A stretch of DNA of 63,739 nucleotides, the filler included, from Hyphochytrium catenoides (taxonomy: Eukaryota > Protista > Hyphochytriomycota), in assembly GCA_900088475.1 (NCBI GenBank). It is 6 parts of 6 records of this genome, joined end to end, with 100 filler letters (N's around TTAATTAATTAA, not from the genome) between each part and the next. Parts side by side here need not be neighbours in the genome. Positions count along the whole stretch, not along the records: positions 1 to 29,847 come from FLMG01003139.1; 5 more parts are not named here. The stretch is one strand, 5' to 3'. Below, one piece after another: positions 10,341 through 21,483 of this stretch. The stretch's first letter is position 1. Every line of letters starts with the position of its first letter. The position numbers and the translations under genes are program-made. The notes below the pieces were generated by a model. It was given only the letters and a program-made list of their open reading frames with translations. It searched no databases and was not told the DNA's origin.

Positions 10341-13300
10341 GCCTGTAGTGGTCCCGAACCGTTCATATCTATAATCCACCTACCTTTAATATGTATTCTT
10401 CCTCCTTTGGCATGACACATTCTCGAATATGTTGACTATCCAAAGCTATGGGCAATGTAGCAGTAAACTTTCAAAGATTTGTTTCTAATTAGTATGGCTT
10501 TTTGCACTTCAGGACCACTTGCACGCAAATTGGAATGAAACTTATTCTAGATATCAATCCGAGCTCTTGAGCCTTCCCAACTCTAAGTTGCTGGTTACCT
10601 GTTATAGAACTACCTCATCGCCGCTGCTGTAGAATACGTGCAGGGCAGCAGTGATTGAGCGGGCGACAGAAGAAATGAAGAGGAAAAGCAAGAGGACCTG
10701 GTCATCATGATGATCGACGAGAAAGGCAAGAGATAGAGAGCTTGAAACAAAGGTGCCGCAGGTGGTGGTGAAGCCAGGAAGCTGGGCAGAGGCTTTTAAG
10801 GTGAAGCAGAGTGGCAGGAGGAGGTGCATAAAAGGTGAATTACCAAGTGTAGTTGAGAAAAAAAGAGGAACTTCTTTGCATCATTCTACCTCCTCCTCTC
10901 TTTTTTGTCGTCATCGGCCCTCATTCGTCTTTTCCTTCTCTGCTGGCCGTCGTACCTGTAATAGAAAATGGCTCCCCATAAGGGAAGACGTCAACGCTGC
11001 GGTAATTGTAAAGAGTTTGGCCACAATGCCCGTAAGTGCCGCAACCCTCCTTGGCAAGATACGAGGCGCAGAGAGCTACAGGAGGAAAGAAGAAGGCGAT
11101 TAGATGCTGATAGTGACGATGGACGAATGGATGATGGAGCTTTTATGCGTGAAGAAGAAGAGGAGGAAGAGTATCTTGCAGCACGTAGTGGTGAAGAGGA
11201 AGGAAGGGACCGGAACGCGAGCAGCTCTTATTCTTCTGACGAGGGAATAGAAGGAGTACGGCCGAGAAGGGACCATCATGAGGGCGGCAGAGGAGTTGGA
11301 GAAGACAGGAGGGCTCGGCAACAACAAGAACAAAGGAAGGAATGCTGCTGTTCCTCCTGTTCCTCCATATGCCCGCGTTCGGCTTCACGAAGTTCCTCCC
11401 GAGGAAGAAGAGATCCTTATAGACGAAGTTGATATATGGATTAGCAGCGGAGAATAATGGCGGAGAAGAAGGAGTAAGGAGGTATGTCTATATAAAGTTC
11501 TTTCTACTCTCTCGCATCATATCATATCTTGTCTCTTGCGCTCTGTAGGGCTCATACACCTGAGGTGGAAGGACAAGCTCCAGAGAATCTTGAAGCTGAG
11601 CGGCAAGGCGGCAGGGAGGGTGGCAGAGCGCCGGTACAGCAGCCAATCGAACCAAGGGATGATCTACCACCGCAAAGAGATGGTGAGGCTAGTCCACAGA
11701 AAGAGTGGATTAACTTTGTCATCAAAGAGCAAATAGCCAAGATCGATGTGCGCGCAAACTTACGTCAACGTAGAAGAGCTGCCCTATCCATAATGAATTC
11801 AAAGGGAGAGCTGTACTGGATTCATCCTACTCATCCGCTTGCATCGCCCAATATTTCCACGGATCCTTTGGACGTTGACTACTATTGTCGACGACCGATA
11901 TTTTTCTGGAACCCGGAGGATGTTCATAATGAGGATCTTCCAGAAGGTGTGCCACCGTGCCCTCAGTGTCGATCAAGGGCACGAGTGACTCATGAAGGAC
12001 TCAACCCAAAAGTAGGTGCCAGCATACTGACCTCATATTGTTTCAAGTTAAAGGTTGCGTTGTTTTTATTGTTCTTCATACTTATATTCCTCTCCATAAC
12101 AAATACTTTAGGGGCCCCGCAAGGTTTATGGTGAGCACGATTGGTACTATCTTCTGTGCAGAAGGTTCAAATGTGGCGCCTGTAAAAGGACATTCAACAG
12201 TTATGATCAAGATGTGCTGGATCAACTGCCAGCAGCCCACATCAAAAGGGACTTTCCTGCTATTCTCACGAAGAGATCTGGCCTTGATTTGAGAGTCGTG
12301 AGAGATATGAGGTTTTTGGCCTCTAGTGCATCTTCTGGCGCAGCGGAGACAATGCATAAACTATTGCTCGATCGGTACAAGAACCGATGGATCCGGCTAA
12401 TGGCACTTTGGGCTAGTAAGGTAGCGGCTGTCCGTGACCACGACCGCCAGCATTTGCTTGGACAGCGGGATCTTGCAGCAGACCCGAAGCGGTGGTTGGA
12501 GGACTGGACTAACGCGAATCAATACAGCGGTGGTGTTCCTACTGCTCATTATCTAGCAGATATGCTCAAGATGGACCTTCTAAAGCGAGAGCCCTGGCAG
12601 CAACGGACTCAGCAAAAATGGTCAGCCCAGGTAAGACTAACAAATGAACCTACGGGTGCATGCCTTACTGAAATAGAAACATTCTATTAACCTTTGCTGA
12701 TACACCTTCCGTCGTCCAATAGATTCTGAAGGCCGATGGGAACTTCAAAATACCAAAGAAGCTGCATTTAGAGGGAGATAGGGTTGGGGAGGAGCTAACA
12801 ACGTTCTTCAATGAGAAGGGGCAAGTGCTAAATCAGCTATTTACTCCGGCTAGAGCGAACCAAGACACACTTCAACCTATTCTCGAGGGCCTTAAAGAGC
12901 GCTTCAAGGGTAATGGTGGTCCATCGCCTGAGCTAGTTTTTAGAGATAACTGCTGCAGGTTCGTCAGACGAGGCTCGTTAACCATACTTTTCCAAATGTG
13001 AGGGGTATGTAATCTAAAGTGAGCTTCTTTTCGGCGCTTTGCCACTTCTGCTTGGTTGCAGGGATGGCAAGCTGTATAATGAGGTGTTCTTCAAGCCTAA
13101 TGATGAGGAAGGAGGCCCAGCCCTAGAAGATGTACTTCCACCACGACGATTAAGAAGTCTAGCCCTTCCTGAAGGTGTTGCTCCTCGTACCATCTCTGGT
13201 CGACTTGACCTTATAGAGGTCTGTAACTCACTTAATGCTAAGGCCGCTCAGCAACTTCTATATGTTGGCGTGGCCGTTCAGCACGAGGTTGTCTTCATCG

Positions 13301-16300
13301 GCGACCGCCGCCCAATTAAGGTGCTGCAGCTGGCCTACCATACTGGTCACCTGAACCGAGCCCCCGGTGCGAAAGCGTATGAAATTATTCTTATCAACCT
13401 CACTTCGCCAGAGTTTGGAGGCCGGTTCCCCAACATAATAGTCCGGTCTATCTTAGAGAACAAGAATATCATCAAGGTGGCAATCGGCGCTGAACAATTG
13501 GCCAGGATGATCTCAGTAGACTTCAAGGTCTTCTCCAGTTCATGGCTGGATGTAGCCCAGCTGGCAAGGCGTCGTGGCGTCATAGACTCTGTTGGATTGA
13601 CCTCTAAGGAGTTATGTGAGACATTATTAGGGTGCACCTATGACGTCCCACTTCCGATCGCCTACGGTTCCTGGGACCAATGGCCCTTGACTAGCAACCA
13701 ACAGAAGTTTGCGGCTCTAAACGCTTTCTTGCCTTTGATGGTCTACCTTAAGCTTAAGGAACGACGTCTAAGGAATTTCCAGCCCCCTCCTGCTGTTGCT
13801 GCTGGCCCAGTAGACGAAGGTGTTGTGCCTGTCACGAGAGCTGTCTTCTTAATGGATCTGACAGGAGTGCATAACATTGCCAAAGGAATAATAATCGATG
13901 ACGGTGATATTGGGGAACAAGAAGTTTTCAAGCCTAACGCGGCACAGCTACGCTGTCTAGCTCCTCACCTTAAGCAGATGGCGCGTGTAAAAGTTACTCT
14001 CTGTATGATGCCACGAGCCCTTGCGCCCTTGTTATACCACTCTGTAGGGCGCATTAGCGTGGAGGAGGCTAGACAGAGTGAGTTCATTCTGAACTGGCCC
14101 ATATCTTGCATGAAAGTGCCAGACACGAATCCAGATGGTTCTGCCACAGTGGAAGTGCCTTCAGCGCAAGGAAGACCGCTGAACACCCCATCTCAGCAGG
14201 GACAGGCAACTACAGGTCCAGGAGGGGCAATTGGTCAGGCGGCAGCAGAGGAAGAGCAACAACTTGTGATGGATTTTGAAAGAGATGTGGCGGAGCTCAT
14301 TCGGTCGTCACTCAACGTTAGCGCCGACCCGCAGGAGCAACTTTCTTTAGAGGACATTCTTCTTGGAAGAGAACCGGCCCCCGCTGCTGAAGAAGATGCT
14401 CGTAACGACAATGGCCCCACTAACTACTCACACAGAGCGGATGATCAGCCGCCGAGGGATGAGGAAGCTCAGAGAAATAGAAGGGACTGGTTAAAAAAGC
14501 TATTGAGAGTCAAGCTGGATATTTATCATGCCATTGACCGAATACGCCGCTGTCTGACAACTAAACATGGAGCTTTGCGCTGTTTCCTGGCATGCCTACG
14601 AGAGGCAATCTTCTTCACCTCTAAGGATGATATGGAGCTGGTGAAGGAGGTGCTACGCCGTGACGGTTTGCCCAACGAGGAGATTGAATTAAAGCTTAGG
14701 AGTGACTTCCCTTTCTTTATGAAGAGAGTGAGACGCGTGGTTCCCCCTCCAGCGGAGCTTTACAGGAGACTTGATGTAGTTGGGAAAATGTTTGCCAACA
14801 TTATCGACGATGCGACGGGAAAGCCTCTGTTTGACAGGGAAGCTGTTAGAGCTTTTGACAATCTCAAAGTCCACGCCAGCCTGGGGTGTCTTTCTGATGT
14901 CCCGGGAATCCCTTTGTACATTGAGCTTGGAAAAGACTCTCGTGGGATCCCCATATATCGTTGCTGCCGTGGAACTAGCGATATAGAGGGCTATCACAAG
15001 CACCTCAAGCTCCTTCTTCAAGGCTCATATTACTCTCCGGAGCTGCTTTTTCTTGTTCTTCGGGAGATAAACGGACACTGGAATGTGAATGTCGCTATTC
15101 GTTGCAGCAGCTTAGCAGAAATATATGGGGGCTTCTCAGAACTACCATTGGTTGAAGAAATCCAGCTTGTGACCATGGGCTTCTACAAGGATCATCCTAT
15201 GTTCAAAGACTGGATGGGTACCTTTCTTGTCGCAGAAACCGGCGAAAATATGAGCTTCTTGGCACCTATTGAGGACAATCCGGGAGAGGATAATGAGCTA
15301 GACCCCGCATCACAACCTAGTAACGGCCCAGCCCCAACACCAGACCCAGAGGACCAGCCAAATGACGACGGCATTTCATCCTCATCCAGTGAGACGGACA
15401 CTACTGCATCCGAAAGAGACTCACTACCTGGCACCGAAAGACTGCTTTTCCCTTCTGTGCGATCCCAGCCTTCGTGTGTCATTAGAGGCCATGAGACAAA
15501 TATAGCTCTTCCGGTTAGAACGGCGGATGAACAGAAAAAGTTCAAGGGTGCCATTAACCAGGGTGAGTATATCCTAGTTGACCGCAAAGGAAATCTGATC
15601 CTAAAGTCTGCGGAGCTGTCTCTTTGGTGGAACTCTACGGTGACGGCGGATCGGCAGAATGCCCTAGCCATTCACTACAAGACTCCAAGCCTCTTGGAAA
15701 AGTACTTCAAGTCCGTACTAAGCCAGCATAATCGAATGGCGACACTAGCAGGCACTGATGCACCTACTGTAGCTCGCACTGCCCTGAACCGCGCCAATCA
15801 AGTACTACGAGATGCAGAGTTGGCCCCGGAGACAACCGTGGGGAGTAATGTGGCTTCTACAACTACAGCGCATCGTCTTTTATGCCCTCAGCAGGGTAGG
15901 CCCCCTTCGTTAGATAATCTTCCTCCTCCCGTTCCTGTTGTTGATCTGCCTGCCAGTGGTCGAGGCACAGAAGGGCTTCAAAACGCGCAGGAATTCTATC
16001 GCTACGTTATGGGGCAGCAGGTTCGTGGCTCACCCCAAAGCACTGTAGAAGCAAGGGACGCGGCGCCGAGAAGAGTTGCCGGAGCGGCATTTGGGACTCG
16101 GGGTACTTCCTCGGGAGGACCAGTAGTGAGGAAGCGGACTCGGAAGCTGCCACAAAAATGTGCAACGTGCGGTCATTATATGTTCCTGGGGGAATGGAAA
16201 GCCTATCATAATATGAAGAGAAAGCGAGGAGAACAAGGATTGTTCTGTAAGGTACCCGCAGAGCTCCGACGGGCCCTGACCGAGGCTGAAAAAGCAAGGT

Positions 16301-17401
16301 GGGGAAAGACTCCGAGCACCGCAAGGCCCAAGGAGAACCTGCCATGTCCATGCCAGACCTGTAAGGACCTTATAGCACTGTGGCTCAGCAAGCAGAACGT
16401 ATCCCAGCCCTCTGACTCCCTCCCTCCTCATTCAGCAGCTTGAACAACCCCTATTGCTTCTCTCTGTTCATTAAGTTGATTGATGCGGAGCTGATCACTC
16501 TCACTTCTTCATCATTTGCCCTAAACCTGCAAGATTCTTAACCATGTTAAGGAGCCCTCTTCTTCTTTAATATCTTAGCAGCAGGAGGGTGGTTGTCTGC
16601 CTTTCTAGAGATAGGGACTGTTGGTCTCTATCTCTGCTTGTAGCTTAGACCTTGTTTGCATGCCCATGGCACCTCCTGCTCTACAGCTACACTGCGCTTT
16701 TCTTGCATGTCACCACCTTCCTAACGGAGGCTGCAACGAATAATTAAGGAGCCAACACGGTCTCTTGTCGCTCGGAAAATGAGCAACATCTATCTAGATT
16801 GCTTTTAGTGCAAAAATGCTGCCTTTCCGGCTTCGCCTAATAGGAGGATGATAGACTTGCTTGTTCAACATTATTGTTGTCACTATCTCTTATGCCTTAT
16901 TAATTATTATCTTCTCGTCAGCAGCCTGGTTCATTGCACACTTGTCTCTGTCTCTGATCTAAGCAGTGATCTTCTGACCTTTAATGTGTCTCATTATCAA
17001 CAATGGCCTTCAATCAAGAAAGAACTTAGGAGTGTCCCCTAATAAGATTGAGATATTATCCATTCATCGAGGTCACCACCACCACCATCATCGTGTAGTA
17101 GGTGAATAATAATGCGGCATCGACAATAATCTATGGGATGGCCTTCCTCGTGAGTTGGCGCCTGATTGTTGTTCCCACCATAACTACATTAAATCTCATC
17201 GGAAGTTGGCAGGCCCTGTAATATGCCCATCTGTCCTCTTGTTGCCCACATAAGAAGAACGCCCCTCAAAAAAATAATCTGAAACCTACCTTACGGATGG
17301 AGTCACAGGGGCTGTTCTTTTCGACCCTTTCCTGGTGATTACTGTATCGATTATCATGCCGGTCCAGAATCTGAACGCCTGTAGTGGTGCCTGTAGTGGT
17401 C
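10341..17401 (+). mobile_element. Dada-like DDE DNA transposon (~7.06 kb), candidate ends marked by direct repeats
   Basis: Contains the spliced transposase listed below. GCCTGTAGTGGTC at 10341-10353 and 17389-17401, with an extra GCCTGTAGTGGT at 17377-17388. No convincing TIR. The boundaries are inferred. Confidence 0.65.
10968..16443 (+). CDS. Dada-like DDE transposase with zinc fingers and an inserted DEDDy exonuclease-like domain
   Basis: Phase-consistent GT-AG exons 11549-12011, 12112-12630, 12723-12958 and 13062-16443 (~1530 codons). N-terminal CCHC knuckle (CGNCKEFGHNARKC) and DUF6729-like region (FFWNPE..CPQC..GPRKVY..CGAC..LDQLP..FPAILT). D1 is KADGNFK (12735), D2 is RDNCC (12945), DxxH is LDIYH (14518), E is TSDIEGYH (14986). 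C-terminal Cys cluster CATC...CPCQTC. Exon 1 (10968-11481) needs either an extra intron (candidate 11257-11421) or frameshifts to join in frame. Confidence 0.85.
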
Positions 17402-18254
17402 GACTCGAGTCGTTTCGAGAACAAATAACAAAAGTTGATGGTAATTAGGAATACATTGGATTCGAGACATTAGCCCTATTCATCTTCATCATTTTTCATC
17501 TGATAGTTCTTGGACAAATTGTGTCATCAAGAGCACGCTATCAGCCAGGACAGTCGCTGCCTTCATGTGCTCCACAAAAAAGACAGAGTAGAACTAGTAG
17601 TAGTAGGATGGCTCTTTAGAATGGCCTGGTGTTGACTTTAGAAAGAAATCAACCATCTGCAGAACTCTAAATAATGATGAAATCTCTACTAGATCTCCAT
17701 AAATAATGCGCAATAATAATCCGAAGGGATAGTGGTGATCAACCGGAGGAGCTTCAAACAAAGAGAAGAGAAGAGCGATAATGACGGATAAGACGCAGAA
17801 CAATTAAAGACGCTTCACCATTGCTCTTTGAGCTTTTTTCCTTCTACTGCTACCTTCTTTTTGCATACTTTATCTCTTCCTCCGAAACATCAACAGCCAC
17901 CTTACCTATGGTAGGTGAGCCGAAGTGGCCGGTACGACATATTACTATGACTCCAAATGTTTTGGAATAAAAATTACCGCAAACTACCGCGAGCTGCCTC
18001 AAGCTTACCGCAAACGATGAAGCTTGGCTTGACTTATTACAGGAGTGCGGGGCATCTTGAACCGGTAAGTTGGCTAAACTTTTGACAAATCTACCTAGGG
18101 GCCGGCCCACACTGTAGACTGTAGACGCTCAGCTTGCTTTAGGACTCTACCTAGTGACCCAGCCACAACCAGATTGTTATTATCCCACAACCCCTCAGAT
18201 TGTCCCACAACCCCTCCACGATCCTTTAGAGTAAGAACGCTTCCGCCGCCTACC

Positions 18255-20210
18255 TATGGCTTCAGATGACTACTCTACATACTATTGATCTATTGACAGA
18301 GATTGTCTGGGTATGCAACGATGAAGGTCAGGACGTATTGTTGCTTTAACTCCGCCTGGTATGAGTTCACAGGAAGCACAGAGAGCGAGTCTCTTGGGGA
18401 TGGATGGCTTAGCTTCTTGCATGAAGATGACCGCGACCGGGCTGTCATGCAGTGGTGCTACGCTTTTAGGACCAAAACCCGCAATGACATCAAGTACCGG
18501 TTTCGGCGACACGATGGCGTCTACCGTTGGTACATTGGACGCGCTAATGCAATGCTATATCGTCGGTGGGTTGGGTCATGCACAGATTTAGGCGATGCTA
18601 TGACGCCAGCAACGGAGCTTGAAGTTCAGAAAGAGCTTCTTACAACTACGCTAAAACAGATCGCCGCTGCAGTACAATTACAGAAGCACCATCAGGTCGG
18701 CTCGTTTTCGCCAATGGCAAGATGGGACAGGTATGGGGATTGCAGATAAAGCCATCTCAGAACATTGATGACTGTGAGGACTGGGATGCTTTCCATCCTG
18801 ATTCACAGCGATACTCCAAACAGGATTGGCCGCTAGCACGTTGACATTGATGACTGTGTGCTAAATGGGAAACGGCTGTCAACGAGGTCACTGAGACTAT
18901 GTAAGGTGATGGTACGAGGTCAACCATTTCCTTATCTCAGCACCTGTGCAGAACGGTGAAGCTCTGGACGAGACGCCAACACTACAAAAAGAAAGGTTAG
19001 AAAACCATGAGTGAAGCCAAGACGGCATTTGAAGCGTCTCCCATCGAGTCCAACTTCATAGCCAACATGAGTCATGAACTGCGTACACCCATCAATTGTA
19101 TCATTGGAGCGAGCAGTCTTCTAGAAACGACATGTGCTGCCTTGCCAAGTGACCAAAGAGTGAATGTGGAGGTCATAATGGACAGTGCCCGCACCTTAGA
19201 GGAGCTGGTCACTGATCTCTTAGACCTTTCAAGGCTTGAAGAGGAGCTTCTTGAGCTAGCTGGACAACAACAATTTTTGTCCCACTGAACTGTTATGTAC
19301 TGTTCTTGCTCGTGCAGAAAGGAGAGTCCGCAAAAAAGAACAGAGGCAACTGACAATCAACCATACAGTCTCCGACTCGCATGTCTGTGTTAAAGGGGAC
19401 GGCCAGAGGGTACAGCGGATACTACTCAACCTACTCTCTAACGCTATAAAGTTTACTCCGGACGGAAAAAGCATTAATGTAACTCTATCATCACGAGAAT
19501 ATCCGACGAAGAGCCCCCACTTCGTAATGTTAGACTTCTCTGTACATTATAATGGTATTGGTATCGATCAGGAGGCACAGACTAGGCTGTTTGAGCCCTT
19601 CATGCCAAGCGGATAGCAGCACAACCAGAAACTATGGCGGGTCAGGTCTTGGCTTACCACTATGCAAGAAGCTATTAGATTTGATGGGCGGTGATATGAC
19701 TATAATCTCGTCACCTGCGAAGGGGTCAACGTTCTCAATCCATATCCCGCTAAAGCGAGTAGCAGATGCTGAAGTCAGTCAAATGGAGAATCAACGGTGG
19801 AGGTATTTCTCTGACATAGCTGTCGGTAGTCGTCGCTCGTACTTAACAGCTGAAGAGCGAGCCAAGAAGAGAATCCTGATCGTGGAAGACAACAAGCTAA
19901 GCGCCACGACCCATGAAGCTACTATCCACAAATGGGTATAGCTACGTAGACTGGGCACTGGACGGTTCTGTGGCATTGGAAGTTAAAGCATAGCAAGTAT
20001 GACCTGGTCCTTATGGATTGTCAGATGCCGGTAATGGACGGTTTCGAGGCCACACGCATTATTCTCCGCAAGGCTTGTATGGATTGTGGCATGGATGGCA
20101 TCATACTGAAGCCATTCAACGTTAACCACCTTGTCAAGATTCTGGATGCGATGCTAAGGTCAAAAGAGGCTAAGTGGAAATATCTATTTAGGGGGTTAGA
20201 GATCACGTAG
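18255..20210 (+). pseudogene. PAS-PAS hybrid sensor histidine kinase (HisKA-HATPase-REC), decayed and intronless
   Basis: PAS/PAC (GWLSFLHEDDR, YRFRRHDGVYRW), H-box FIANMSHELRTP, N-box QRILLNLLSNAIKFT, G-boxes QADSSTTRNYGGSGLGL and KGSTF, receiver ILIVEDN / [16 protein letters not shown] / LKP. Spread over several frames with stops. Confidence 0.9.
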
Positions 20211-21420
20211 GCAGGACCGAATAAACTGTATCCTGTTGCTGGGAGACAGGATTACTAATATGATACTTCGACAGACAAATTCCTAGAGAGTGTGCTGTGG
20301 TCGTAAAGCTACTAACGCTACAGGGGTGGTGTAATGAAACTTAGCGTTCAAGAGAATGCAATCGCCCCGAGGATAGAGTGCTTTTAGCTCTACCGCAGAC
20401 CACTTATACAAACTATAAAGATTCGACAGACGTGCCATGCCTTGAGCATTCCTGCGGGACCATCTGAGTACTCGTCAATATCTTCTGGGATGAGCTTCTC
20501 AGAGACAGGTAGTCTATCTTGCACATGGTGGATCATGGACTGGTGATAGTTAAAAAGACTTTGCTCCAGTGCTTCTTGGCCCCCAGCAGAATCCAGTGAG
20601 TGCGTTGATCACTACCGTGGTCCGAAACATCATCCTTTGGCTCTTCACTAGAACTTCTGCGAGACAGGTGGTAAACCTCCATGTGAGGACCACACGACCT
20701 CCAAGAATAGGGGTTATGTGGCGTAGAGGTAATATTTTCGGTGGCTCCTTTAGACAGGGATCTCTGCCAGTACAACTGTTTCATGTAACACTTGTTAGGC
20801 CGCCAGAGGGGTACCGTCTGTGACTGTGCCTGGGGTGTGTCGACACCCCCGACGCCCTATTTGGGAAGTCTAGTTTTTCGGAAAAGAGTGATGACTGAGA
20901 TAACGGGTTAACGTAGTTAACGTAGGACATATACTCTATTAAATTCGGATGTGGGGGTGTCCCACTGGATTGGGGTTGTACGATGAGTTCCCCCATAGGT
21001 TGTCAGTTTTGTGTGGAGGGAAGTGGGCTGCTTGATCTTTTATGCATGATGGCCGCTCTCTCGCTGTCTGTCTGTCTGTCTCTCTCTCTCTCACTTTCTC
21101 TTCCCCCTTCTCTCTCTCTCTCTCCTTTGCTTTCTCTCTCTTTCTCTCTTTCTTTCTCCCCTGCGCCCCCCCTTCTCTGTCTGTCTGTCTCTCTCTCTCT
21201 CTCTGTCACTTAGAATATATACACCCCTCTCCCCATCTCTCTCTCCTCCTGTGCTTGTTTGCCTTCTCCTCTTTGAAACCCTCGCCCAACCCCTCGTCTC
21301 ACTCCAGAAGCCAATCCTCCAAACGGCGTATCCAAAGTTTGCTGCTGAAGGGAGAAGCAGCAGCTTCATAGGGAAAAGGTCTCGAGCGCTGTAGCATCAA
21401 GGTCCGGATCTGGGGAGATC

Positions 21421-21483
21421 AGAGAGAAAGAGACAGAGAGAAGAGACAGAGAGAAGAGACAGAGAGAAGAGACAGAGAAAGAC
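21421..21483. repeat. 13-bp minisatellite (AGAGAGAAGAGAC)n
   Basis: About 4-5 tandem units read directly from the sequence. Confidence 0.8.
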
